64,000 bases of DNA. Source: an uncultured cyanobacterium (GTDB lineage Bacteria; Cyanobacteriota; Cyanobacteriia; Cyanobacteriales; Nostocaceae). Under the pieces are notes generated by a model. It searched no databases, was not told where the DNA came from, and saw only the letters and a program-made list of their open reading frames with translations. Made by a program: the position numbers and the translations under genes. Shown here in pieces: positions 18,778 through 28,254 of the stretch. Location of the stretch: assembly GCA_963740315.1 (NCBI GenBank), contig CAVUDP010000004.1:96001-160000 (forward strand), read 5' to 3'. The first letter of the stretch is position 1, and every line of letters begins with the position of its first letter.

Positions 18778-21366
18778 ATGAAATACAAAGTGAATAAATG
18801 GTTTACTCGCCACCTTAAAATCCGTTACTTCCCCGTTTTCATCGCCTTAATTTTAGTAACAGCTTTGTGTGTTATTAATTTCCCTGTTGCTGCAACTATA
18901 GTAAAATCGCAAGCTGAAGAAACGCAATACATAGCATCTCTACAACAGGGTAAAAAATTATATCAAGCCGGAAGAATTGCAGAATCTATCAATGTATTGC
19001 AACAAGTTATCACAAATTATCGCAATCAAGGTGATGGTTTAAAACAAGCCGTTGCATTGAGTAATTTAGCTTTAGCATATCAAAAATTGGGTAAATTAAA
19101 TCAAGCTCAACAAGCAATTACCCAAAGCTTAGAATTATTTTGGATTAACCAACATTCAATCCAAAATCCATCCGTTGCCAAAATTCTCGACATTCAAGGT
19201 AGTATTCAATTAGATTTAGGACAAGCAGAACAAGCATTGAAGACTTGGCAAAATTCGGAAAGTATATATAAACAAATTAATAATCAAAATGGTGTTGTTA
19301 ATAGTCGCATTAACCAAGCCCAAGCATGGCTGGTTTTAGGATTTTACCGTCGGAGTTTAACAACTTTAACTGCATTGCAACAAGAGTTAGAAAATCAACC
19401 CAATTCTATTATAAAAGCAGTAGAATTACGTTCTTTAGGAAATGCTCTACAATTAGCAGGAGATTTGAAACAATCTCGTAAAATATTAAATCAAAGTCTG
19501 GAAATCGCTCAACAATTGAATTCTCCCCAAAATGTCAGTGCTGCTTTATTTAGTTTGGGTAACACAGCGCGGGTAGAGCGAAAATTCCAGGATGCGATCG
19601 CACTTTATCAAAAAGCTGCTGATATCACTCCCAATCCGATTACTAAAGTCCAAGCTCTTATTAATCAGTTGAGTCTTTTGGTTAGTACGGGGGAAGCAGA
19701 AACCGCACGAGCATTATTACCCGAAATTGAAGCTCAACTTAATAATTTACCACCTTCTCAAACGAATATCTATGCTCGGATTAATTTAGTTCAAAGCTTG
19801 CTCAAATTAAATATTAAATCCGAAATTGCTCAAATCTCCGCTACAGCAGTACAGCAAGCAAAAAATTTAGGAGATAAACGAGCCTATTGTTTTGCTCTAG
19901 GAACTCTAGGCAGTGTATACGAGAAAACTAAACAATTCTCCAATGCCGAGAAACTTACAAAACAAGCACTTACCATTGCTCAAACTATTAATGCTCCTGA
20001 TATATCTTACCGTTGGCATTGGCAGTTAGGACGTTTGTTAAAACAGCAGGGGAAAATTAGTCGTGCGATCGCATCTTACGATACTGCTGTAAATGATTTG
20101 CAAACTCTCCGCAGCGATTTAGTAGCTGTAAATCGTGAAGTACAATATTCTTTTAAAGAAACTGTTGAACCCGTATATAGGGAGTCTGTTGCATTGCTCT
20201 TAGATTCACAGCAAAGCAACCCCAGCGAAAAGACTTTAGATAAAGCCAGACAAAGAATTGAATCGTTGCAATTAGCTGAGCTAGATAATTACTTTCGGCA
20301 AGCTTGCATAGATACTCAAACTGTAGTGCTAGACAAACTGGTAGACCAAGATAACCCTACTGCTGCAATTATTTACCCGATTATTTTACCGCAACAGCTA
20401 CAGGTAATCGTCAAAATTCCCAAACAACCCCTGCGTAACTATACAATCAATAAATCCCAAAACGAAGTCGAAGCCATTCTTACGCAGTTACGCGAATATC
20501 TTTTAGAACCAGATAGAGTTGAGGAAGTACAGTCACTCTCACAGCAAGTATATGGTTGGTTAATCAAAGATATTGAGTCAGATTTGCAAAAAAGTGGAGT
20601 AAAAACCCTCGTATTTGTACTAGATGGGGCATTGCGTAACGTTCCTATGGCTACACTATATGATGGTAAGCAATATCTGGTGGAGAAATACGCAATAGCT
20701 CTGAGTTTGGGACTCCAGTTACTGATACCCAAACCTCTAGCAGAACAACCACTCAAAGTTTTAGCAGCAGGTTTAGTGCAGGCACCGCCAGGATTTCAGA
20801 AGTTTCCACCGTTACCAGGAATTAAGTCTGAGTTTAATTTGATTGATAAAGCAGGGGTATCTACAAAGCAACTTTTAGACCAAGAATTTACCAGTATTAC
20901 TTTAGAAAAAAATATTAATACTACTCCATTTAATGTTCTGCATTTAGCAACCCACGGTCAATTTAGCTCTCAACCCGAAAATACTTTTATCCTAGCCGCA
21001 GATGGTGCGATTAACGTCACCCAGTTGGATAGTTTGTTGCGTCGTCGGAATGAAAGCCGCTCGGAAAATTTAGAAATGTTAGTGTTAAGCGCTTGTCAAA
21101 CTGCTGCTGGAGACAATCGCGCCACACTAGGTTTAGCTGGGGTATCCGTAAAAGCTGGAGCGCGGAGTACTTTAGCTTCATTGTGGCATATTAGCGATAA
21201 ATCCACGGCTATTTTGATGGGTGAGTTTTACCGCGAATTAGCGAATACAAAGGTAACTAAAGCAGAAGCTCTGCGTCGCGCCCAAGTAACGCTCTTAAAA
21301 AAATATCCTAATTACGAACGTCCTGGTTTTTGGGCACCCTATGTATTAGTTGGCAACTGGCTATAA
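18778..21366 (+). CDS. Signal-peptide TPR-CHAT domain protease
   Basis: Hydrophobic N-terminus, TPR array, LQLAELDNYF, LHLATHG (His), LVLSACQTA (Cys), STLASLW, WAPYVLVGNWL. Confidence 0.92.
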   Translation: MKYKVNKWFTRHLKIRYFPVFIALILVTALCVINFPVAATIVKSQAEETQYIASLQQGKKLYQAGRIAESINVLQQVITNYRNQGDGLKQAVALSNLALAYQKLGKLNQAQQAITQSLELFWINQHSIQNPSVAKILDIQGSIQLDLGQAEQALKTWQNSESIYKQINNQNGVVNSRINQAQAWLVLGFYRRSLTTLTALQQELENQPNSIIKAVELRSLGNALQLAGDLKQSRKILNQSLEIAQQLNSPQNVSAALFSLGNTARVERKFQDAIALYQKAADITPNPITKVQALINQLSLLVSTGEAETARALLPEIEAQLNNLPPSQTNIYARINLVQSLLKLNIKSEIAQISATAVQQAKNLGDKRAYCFALGTLGSVYEKTKQFSNAEKLTKQALTIAQTINAPDISYRWHWQLGRLLKQQGKISRAIASYDTAVNDLQTLRSDLVAVNREVQYSFKETVEPVYRESVALLLDSQQSNPSEKTLDKARQRIESLQLAELDNYFRQACIDTQTVVLDKLVDQDNPTAAIIYPIILPQQLQVIVKIPKQPLRNYTINKSQNEVEAILTQLREYLLEPDRVEEVQSLSQQVYGWLIKDIESDLQKSGVKTLVFVLDGALRNVPMATLYDGKQYLVEKYAIALSLGLQLLIPKPLAEQPLKVLAAGLVQAPPGFQKFPPLPGIKSEFNLIDKAGVSTKQLLDQEFTSITLEKNINTTPFNVLHLATHGQFSSQPENTFILAADGAINVTQLDSLLRRRNESRSENLEMLVLSACQTAAGDNRATLGLAGVSVKAGARSTLASLWHISDKSTAILMGEFYRELANTKVTKAEALRRAQVTLLKKYPNYERPGFWAPYVLVGNWL

Positions 21367-21450
21367 GTAAAATAAATTGTATCCCAGCTTCTATTCGATC
21401 TGAATTTAACAAGCTATTTAAAGTTTAAATCACCTGCTACTTAATTAAAG

Positions 21451-21549
21451 TAGTTACGCAAAGAAACCCGGTTTCTATGCAAAATATTTGTTTTTAGCAC
21501 CAGATATTTACGAATAAACCGGGTTTCTGGCTTCAAATGAGTAAGTCCT
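21451..21549. mobile_element. MITE-like insertion inside a terminator hairpin
   Basis: Internal AGAAACCCGGTTTCT / AAACCGGGTTTCT palindromes and ends TTACGCA...TGAGTAA. Flanked by ATTAAAG direct repeats and by ACCTGCTA/TAGCAGGT arms. Confidence 0.6.
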
Positions 21550-21597
21550 ATTAAAGGTTAGCAGGTTTTAATTTTTGCACCCAAAATTGAAACGGTT

Positions 21598-22686
21598 TTA
21601 ACAAACAACTCTTTTTAATCCCAGTCGTTTTAGTACTATTGATAATAGTAATGATACTGTAAGCAGTACTATCCAACCGATGATTTTGATTCCAAGTATT
21701 TGAGGAAAGCTGAAGCTAGCTTGACTGAATAGCTTTGTACCAATAGATAAAAATATTTGGGCTAAAATACCGTTTATACAAAAAATTCCTAAGCTGTATT
21801 TTGATAGCAGCTTAACTAGTTTAACGACTGGTAATGGTAAATTATTTTCGTTGACGGATGCAAAACAGATAAATATCGCCGGTACGCTCAACATACATGA
21901 AAATGCTGCATAATCAAACGGACGAAGGGTGTCTGTTAAAAGTAATGCTAATACTCTGTACTCGATCGCCATTGTTACAGCAGTAAGGCACAAAATTAAG
22001 ATTTTACTAATTTTACTTAGAGAAAGTGATTTCTTCTGTATCCAGTCAATATTTTTGTAAATATATATGCCTAAAGCCATGTAAACTATCCAATAAATAA
22101 TGAAAGGACGTTCCATGAACCTTAAAAATGCTAATACGTTATTTCCAAATAAACCGGAAATGCTCGCATAAACGAATAATAAAAGTACCGCTTGAATGAT
22201 AAAAGTAGCGTAAACATTTTTTTGTTTATTTAGCCAATTTCGCAATAATTCATAATTTGAAATTAGCTGCAAGATGACTAAAAAATAATAAGCACCTGTA
22301 AATATCTCCCCTTGGAAGATTGCTGTAATGATTTCTATACCGGAACTTCCATTGATAATCTTTAATGTTGCCGCGATCGCAAACCAGAATAAAGTCGGAA
22401 TTCCCAAACGAACTAAACGTTTTTTTAATAATAATTTTGATTCTGTTGGAGACTGGGAAATTTGACGTTCAAAAAGAAAAATCGATATAGTTAGAAAAAC
22501 TGGAACGCCAAATCTTAAAGGAGCAAACAAGGTTTCTAAAATTCCATTGCTTGTGATAAAAGTAGAGCGAGGCAGAAAGATTGCGTGATACGATACAACC
22601 GAAATAATGCTTATTGCTTTCAGAAATTCTAAGAAAAAAAGTCTATCAGAAGATTGAGTTGGTAATTGGACTTTTGTTTGTTTCAT
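21598..22686 (-). CDS. Acyltransferase family 3 (polysaccharide O-acetyltransferase)
   Basis: RLFFLEFLKAISIISVVSYH, FGVPVFLTIS, KRLVRLGIP, YYFLVILQ, SKYSLGIF; about 10 TM helices. Confidence 0.85.
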   Translation of the reverse strand: MKQTKVQLPTQSSDRLFFLEFLKAISIISVVSYHAIFLPRSTFITSNGILETLFAPLRFGVPVFLTISIFLFERQISQSPTESKLLLKKRLVRLGIPTLFWFAIAATLKIINGSSGIEIITAIFQGEIFTGAYYFLVILQLISNYELLRNWLNKQKNVYATFIIQAVLLLFVYASISGLFGNNVLAFLRFMERPFIIYWIVYMALGIYIYKNIDWIQKKSLSLSKISKILILCLTAVTMAIEYRVLALLLTDTLRPFDYAAFSCMLSVPAIFICFASVNENNLPLPVVKLVKLLSKYSLGIFCINGILAQIFLSIGTKLFSQASFSFPQILGIKIIGWIVLLTVSLLLSIVLKRLGLKRVVC

Positions 22687-22865
22687 GTTTAATAGGAAAA
22701 TTATCTTATATCTGACAATGTATATATAAAGCTATAACCAGTTAAATTTATGGTTATATATATCAAGGCAATTTTTTAGATAGGCATCTAATAAAAATAT
22801 CTTTAAACTATTGTATAGGTGTCAAATTTTGTTAATTGTTAACTGATAACTTAATAAGATTTTTT

Positions 22866-24308
22866 TTAAGCCACATTTAAGGAACGTTTAATTAAACTAA
22901 TGAACGTTCGAGGAATTCTACCCGCAGAAAATATAGACAATCCGATTACATAAATTAGAATTAATAAAAGTGGCTGAAGAACAGTTTTTAAAGATGTAGA
23001 TAAAGGAATATTCGTTACAGAAAACAGCGCTATTATAATAGTTAAAGTTGGTAACATTACTGGTTTAAACAAATCCATAACATTCCACTTTGCAGCCCGA
23101 CTCATCGCCAACCAAAACCAAATACTCGCACCAACACCCATCACTAATGCTACAGCGATCGCTACTCCTATAACTCCTCCAAATCTAGCTCCCACAAAGA
23201 AAGCTGGGATGGAAAGCGGAACCAAAATCCAATTAATTGCAGCATTAATATTTGGTTTATCTATAGCATTCAAAGCCGTACCGAGAATCGACATGAAACC
23301 CCGCGCATAAGCAAAAATCATCACTATTTGAAAGATATTTATCGCTGGTGTCCATTCCGAACCGTATACTAAAGGAATAATCCACGGTGCAACAATAAAC
23401 CCTACACCGTAAATAGCTGCATACAATACGGCATACATTTCCAACATTCGACAAAGATAAGTTTTTCTACCTTCGTTATCTCGCTGCGACATTACAGAAA
23501 AGTTGATTCGATTAATCTGCGAGAGAGCAAATGTTGGTAACATAGCCAATTGATAAGCCAAATTGTAATAACCTAAAGACTGCGCTCCAATTAATCTACC
23601 CACAATTAAATTATCGGCATTAGTGTTAGCATAAACCGCTAAATTTATCCCCACCAAACTGCTAATATAGGCACGTACTTCGCGGATAGCTTCTAAATCT
23701 GGTTTGAAACTGTATTGAAAACGATACCGACTGAAGTAACGCTTAAATAAAGCATCAACTAACGACATCGCTATTTCTGCAACCGCAAAAGCCCATACCT
23801 CACCACCTGCATAGGCGCAAACTACCGCCCCAGCAAATCGTGCAAATCCCGCACAGCTATCGGTTATTGCTAACTCGCGAAACTTCATCTGACGTTGCAA
23901 TACAGCGCCATGAGAACCAGCACCCGCACCGATTATAAATACTAAAGATACAGTTGTAGTCAGTGGAAATACTAATGGTTCCCCGAAAAATTGAGCCAGC
24001 GGAAACCCTGCCAAAGCCTGGATAAGAAACATTGCGATCGAGATATTTACACCCAAGCTATAAACAGCATTCACCAGTTTTTTATCGTCCAAACCGCGCT
24101 GTACCAACACCGTTGCGATCGCAGCATCCTTAAACAATGCGCTAAGAGTTGTGACAATCAGCACCATACCCCAAACGCCAAAATCCTTCGGAGACAGCAG
24201 ACGAGCCAGAACTATTTGAGCAAGCAGTTGAGAAACTTTAGCAAAACCGAAACTAGCAGTCAGCCAAAGACTACTTGAAGCTATTTTTTTTGTACTAATT
24301 TGTGACAT
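22866..24308 (-). CDS. wzx: Wzx-type polysaccharide flippase
   Basis: LARLLSPKDFG, LQRQMKFR, NADNLIVGRLIGAQSLGYYNLAYQL; about 12-14 TM helices. Confidence 0.9.
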   Translation of the reverse strand: MSQISTKKIASSSLWLTASFGFAKVSQLLAQIVLARLLSPKDFGVWGMVLIVTTLSALFKDAAIATVLVQRGLDDKKLVNAVYSLGVNISIAMFLIQALAGFPLAQFFGEPLVFPLTTTVSLVFIIGAGAGSHGAVLQRQMKFRELAITDSCAGFARFAGAVVCAYAGGEVWAFAVAEIAMSLVDALFKRYFSRYRFQYSFKPDLEAIREVRAYISSLVGINLAVYANTNADNLIVGRLIGAQSLGYYNLAYQLAMLPTFALSQINRINFSVMSQRDNEGRKTYLCRMLEMYAVLYAAIYGVGFIVAPWIIPLVYGSEWTPAINIFQIVMIFAYARGFMSILGTALNAIDKPNINAAINWILVPLSIPAFFVGARFGGVIGVAIAVALVMGVGASIWFWLAMSRAAKWNVMDLFKPVMLPTLTIIIALFSVTNIPLSTSLKTVLQPLLLILIYVIGLSIFSAGRIPRTFISLIKRSLNVA

Positions 24309-24389
24309 CTTTTAGGATGGGGAGAGGGAGATGGGGAGACAAAATTCCTAATAACTAACAACTAACAACTAACAACTAACAACTAACAA

Positions 24390-25601
24390 CTAACTATAAA
24401 GAATCGAATGCGGTGTTTTGCGTTGAGCCATCTCTTTTCCTTTGCTTCCTAATTTTTCCCGTAATTCTTTGTCTTTACACAAACGAGTTAATGCTTGAGA
24501 AATTTCTTCTGATGAATCTGGATTTACTAATAAACCGTTTTTTTCATGGTGTACTGCGTCTCCTACTCCACCTATGCGAGAAGCAATTACAGGTTTACCA
24601 AAATAACCGGCTTCGGCGTAAACTATGCCAAATCCTTCTATGCTAGCCTTTTGACTATCAAAAAATGTGGGCATGGCAAAAATTTCACTAGCTGCGTAGT
24701 AAGCTGCTAAATCTGCGTCAGATACGAATCCGGCAAAATGTACTCTTTCTTTAACTTGTAATTGTTCGGCTTTTTGTTCTAATTCGGATTGCATTTTACC
24801 TCTTCCACAAATTATATAGTGGACATCCAAACCTTGCTCTAAAAGCTGGTTTAAATTTTCGATGACTCTTCCAAAGCCTTTACGTTTTACCAGTCTTCCT
24901 ACTCCAAGAATAACTATTGCATTTTCGGAAATATTATACTTTTTACGAATATTTAACCGCGAATTATCTAGATATTGTTGATTTGACGCATTATCGCCAA
25001 ATTTATCCGTTCTAACTATAGGGTTGATAACATAAGTAGGAGTATTAAAATTAAATTTTTCGCTGAGATAATCTCTTGTAAACAAACTATTGCAAACAAT
25101 ACCCGTAGAGCGTTGCAAAGTTAATTCAAAGAGTTTTTTTAATAGGGGATTACGCAAAGGACAAAGAATATCGTCGCCATGTAGATAGATAAAGAAGTTA
25201 ATTGGTAAGAAATAACTTAATAATAAAATAGAAGGGAAATCGTAACCGTGTCCCCACTCTATATAACGATAGCGATAGCGGAAATACAGTTTAATTGCTA
25301 AAACAAAAGACCAAACCATATTTAATATTTGCTTGATTATTGCTCCCAAACCAAACAAACGCGGTATTTTTGGTAAGTGCCAACGATGCACGATAAAATC
25401 GCAATCGCAATCGAATTCTTCATAGCCTGCAAAAGCTGCCGCTAACATAATTACTCTTTCAGGGTTTTGCAAACAGCGGTTGTATACATACTCTTCAATT
25501 CCACCTTCTTTCGGTAAAAAGGTACGGGAAACAACTAAAATATCTGGTGAAGAAGTTTTTTCTTTGATTGCAGAAGTCTCAATTGATGAAATATTTTGCA
25601 T
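24390..25601 (-). CDS. Glycosyltransferase family 4
   Basis: FLPKEGGIEEY, GVGRLVKRKG, EGFGIVYAEA..FGKPVIASRIGG. Start moved to MQNISS at 25601, which avoids overlap with the upstream GT. Confidence 0.9.
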   Translation of the reverse strand: MQNISSIETSAIKEKTSSPDILVVSRTFLPKEGGIEEYVYNRCLQNPERVIMLAAAFAGYEEFDCDCDFIVHRWHLPKIPRLFGLGAIIKQILNMVWSFVLAIKLYFRYRYRYIEWGHGYDFPSILLLSYFLPINFFIYLHGDDILCPLRNPLLKKLFELTLQRSTGIVCNSLFTRDYLSEKFNFNTPTYVINPIVRTDKFGDNASNQQYLDNSRLNIRKKYNISENAIVILGVGRLVKRKGFGRVIENLNQLLEQGLDVHYIICGRGKMQSELEQKAEQLQVKERVHFAGFVSDADLAAYYAASEIFAMPTFFDSQKASIEGFGIVYAEAGYFGKPVIASRIGGVGDAVHHEKNGLLVNPDSSEEISQALTRLCKDKELREKLGSKGKEMAQRKTPHSILYS

Positions 25602-25632
25602 TTTTATTTCCCCTGGAGTTTTAATTTTTGAT

Positions 25633-26727
25633 TTATATTTTTTCGAGAATAGACGCAAATCCAGAACAAGTTTGCTGCCAATAATAAGAAGTAGCAACTT
25701 TTTCACGCCCTGCTTCTCCCATTTTTTTGATTAAATCGGGATTTTCGATTAATTTTGAAATGGCTTGAGCTAAAGCTTGAGAATCTGCGGGTGGAACTAA
25801 GAAGCCATTTTTTCCTTCTTCTACTAATTCTGGCATTGCAGTCACATTAGTTGTAATTATTGGTAATCCGTAATGCATCGCTTCTAAAAAGACAATGCCA
25901 AATGTTTCTTGAAAAGAAGGCAGAACAAAAATATCCGCTTCCTCATACAACTGTTTGATATTTTCTTGATCTGCACCATCATGAAATACAACGCATTCAG
26001 TTAGTTTGAGTTTTTTTACAGCATTATTTAATTTATGATAGTAATTTGAATTGTTTTTACGATTTCCGACTAAATGTAAGCTGAAGTTTTGACGTTCAAT
26101 TTGAGAAAAAGCTTCTATCAAATAGAGTATACCTTTCCTGGTCACGTAATTACCCACACATAAGATTTTTTTACTTTGTTTATCGGAGTTCCGATGTGTA
26201 GGTATTGGTGAAATCTTAAATTTATCTCTATCTAATCCCGGCGATAAAACATGAACCAGTTCGGGATTAATTCCCGCAGAAACGATTTCGCTTTTAGAAT
26301 ATTCGCTGCTGGTAACGATTGAATCGGCAAAGGATAATCTGATTTTTTCGATGTATTTACTAATTATTCTTCTAATTACAAACTTATCCTCGCTCTTATA
26401 ACTATAAAATAGATGCACTAGGATAACTATTTTACCTTTCCTAAAAAAACGTTGAATTATATTCGTTAATAATAAATATCGACTAAAATAATGGTCTTCA
26501 ATTAAAATGCCTGTGTATTTAAACAAAACGATCGCCAATATTAAAGATACTAAAATATCCCCAATAATTGGTATTTTGCCCAGTCTTAAAAAATGTCTTT
26601 GTTCGTGCAGGCTGACATATTCTTGTTCCCAACCAAGTTTTTCTAAATATTGTGAAAGTTGATAGTTATAAAGTTCTCCTCCTGTTTGAGGAGGTTTTGC
26701 ACCAGCTAAAAAGAAAACTTTATCCAT
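25633..26727 (-). CDS. Glycosyltransferase family 4
   Basis: TGGELYN, VGNYVTRKG, FVLPSFQETFGIVFLEAMHYGLPII. Confidence 0.9.
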   Translation of the reverse strand: MDKVFFLAGAKPPQTGGELYNYQLSQYLEKLGWEQEYVSLHEQRHFLRLGKIPIIGDILVSLILAIVLFKYTGILIEDHYFSRYLLLTNIIQRFFRKGKIVILVHLFYSYKSEDKFVIRRIISKYIEKIRLSFADSIVTSSEYSKSEIVSAGINPELVHVLSPGLDRDKFKISPIPTHRNSDKQSKKILCVGNYVTRKGILYLIEAFSQIERQNFSLHLVGNRKNNSNYYHKLNNAVKKLKLTECVVFHDGADQENIKQLYEEADIFVLPSFQETFGIVFLEAMHYGLPIITTNVTAMPELVEEGKNGFLVPPADSQALAQAISKLIENPDLIKKMGEAGREKVATSYYWQQTCSGFASILEKI

Positions 26728-26742
26728 AAAAAACCAATTAGA

Positions 26743-26978
26743 TTTTATAGTTCGTAGTAAGGACTTTAGTCCTCAACCCAGGAGGGCTGAAGCCCTTACT
26801 ACTAGCTTTTATAGTTCGTAGTAAGGACTTTAGTCCTCACCTCAACCCAGGAGGGCTGAAGCCCTTACTACAAGCTTTTATAGTTCGTAGTAAGGACTTT
26901 AGTCCTCACCTCAACCCATGAGGGCTGAAGCCCTTACTACAAGCTTTTATAGTTCGTAGTAAGGACTTTAGTCCTCAA
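26743..26978. repeat. Tandem array (3.5 copies, 64-69 bp) of a GTAG REP doublet
   Basis: Units start at 26743, 26807, 26876 and 26945: TTTTATAGTTCGTAGTAAGGACTTTAGTCCTCA..AGGGCTGAAGCCCTTACTAC. Confidence 0.95.
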
Positions 26979-26979
26979 T

Positions 26980-28194
26980 TTAAACAGATACTGGACTATT
27001 TAAACCCGTAAATTTCATCATTCCTTGAGCATAATTTTCCAGGCTACAGTTAGTTGAAACCCAGTTATTACCTTTACTCAAAAGCTCTTTTGTATTTGAT
27101 TTCGTAACATTAACAATAGTTTTAGCAACTGAAAAAGAATCATCGGGATCGACAGTCCATTCGGGTGCAAAATTCTGCAATATCTCGTTAATACCACCAG
27201 TATTGCTACCAACTACCGGAATGCCACAAGCGATCGCTTCTACAACCGTGCGCCCAAAGGGTTCTCGTGGTGCAAGGGTAACGACTATATCTGCGTATCT
27301 ATAATAATCTTCAATATTCAAGGCTGGAGGTAGAATCGTAAACCTATCTGCAACTCCAGCATTTGCAGCAGTTTCAAGTAAATCTTGACTGTAAATCTGT
27401 TCGTCGGATTTATCTTCTCCAATAATTACCGCATGATAATTTTCACCCATTGCTTTTAAATGTGCAAGTACCGGAATCAGCGCTCTGAGATTTTTATCGT
27501 TGACAATTTTAGGTTTGTTGATGCGCGAAGGAGTAAGCATTATCCGCGCTCCGGAATTTATAATAGATTTCAAATTATCGGGAGGAGTGCTATTTGCGCT
27601 TTGAGTATTAAACTGTTTTAAGTCAACTGGTTGATAAAGAATTCCTCGAATATCTGGCATTAAACCACGAATATGTTCTGCCGTAAATTGTGAATTACAA
27701 ATAGCACTGGGAGAAAGACTAGCAAAAGTAATTTTTCTTGCTAAATATCCCATCTGATTATAAGAAAGCGCTAAGTCATGACAAAAATGATAAAGTTTAC
27801 GGTGACTTAAGCGAAGAGATGGTGAGGCTAAAGTTAATGTTAGTAAAGAATTCCGCCAAACGCAATTATCTAATAGTAAAGGAAATTCATGGGGTTGTTT
27901 TCCTACCCATTGCAATGCTCGTTTTAAAAATGCATTGGTATTAGTAGCTTCAATTAGTTTTATACAATTACCTAAACCTGCATCTATAAAATATTTTTCC
28001 ATAAATGAATCTTTATGGATTACAACGCATAATTGTTCTAACAATCCGCAGAGTGCAAAGCCTTTAGCCAACATCAAAAGACTAACAGTTGTACCTCCTA
28101 AAACATCGCAATATCCCGGTACGATAAACAACTTTTTGGTTTGATATTGCCGATTCTCAAATACCTGATTTGTACGGGAAGTAGTAATAGACAT
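26980..28194 (-). CDS. Glycosyltransferase family 4
   Basis: REPFGRTVVEAIACGIPVVGSNTGGINE. Confidence 0.9.
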   Translation of the reverse strand: MSITTSRTNQVFENRQYQTKKLFIVPGYCDVLGGTTVSLLMLAKGFALCGLLEQLCVVIHKDSFMEKYFIDAGLGNCIKLIEATNTNAFLKRALQWVGKQPHEFPLLLDNCVWRNSLLTLTLASPSLRLSHRKLYHFCHDLALSYNQMGYLARKITFASLSPSAICNSQFTAEHIRGLMPDIRGILYQPVDLKQFNTQSANSTPPDNLKSIINSGARIMLTPSRINKPKIVNDKNLRALIPVLAHLKAMGENYHAVIIGEDKSDEQIYSQDLLETAANAGVADRFTILPPALNIEDYYRYADIVVTLAPREPFGRTVVEAIACGIPVVGSNTGGINEILQNFAPEWTVDPDDSFSVAKTIVNVTKSNTKELLSKGNNWVSTNCSLENYAQGMMKFTGLNSPVSV

Positions 28195-28254
28195 ATTTGA
28201 TAATTATTTCAATTACACGAATTTTTACTTGTCAGTTCATATTTTGCATCATCG

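Noticed and set aside
8810..21366. Type III-E CRISPR (Craspase) or CDI toxin locus
   Set aside because: No Cas7-11, CRISPR array or SAVED domain, and no recognisable toxin tip or immunity gene; the resemblance is only mechanistic.
26743..26978. CRISPR array candidate
   Set aside because: Intervening sequences are near-identical rather than unique spacers, there are no cas genes, and the unit is a REP doublet found elsewhere in the window.
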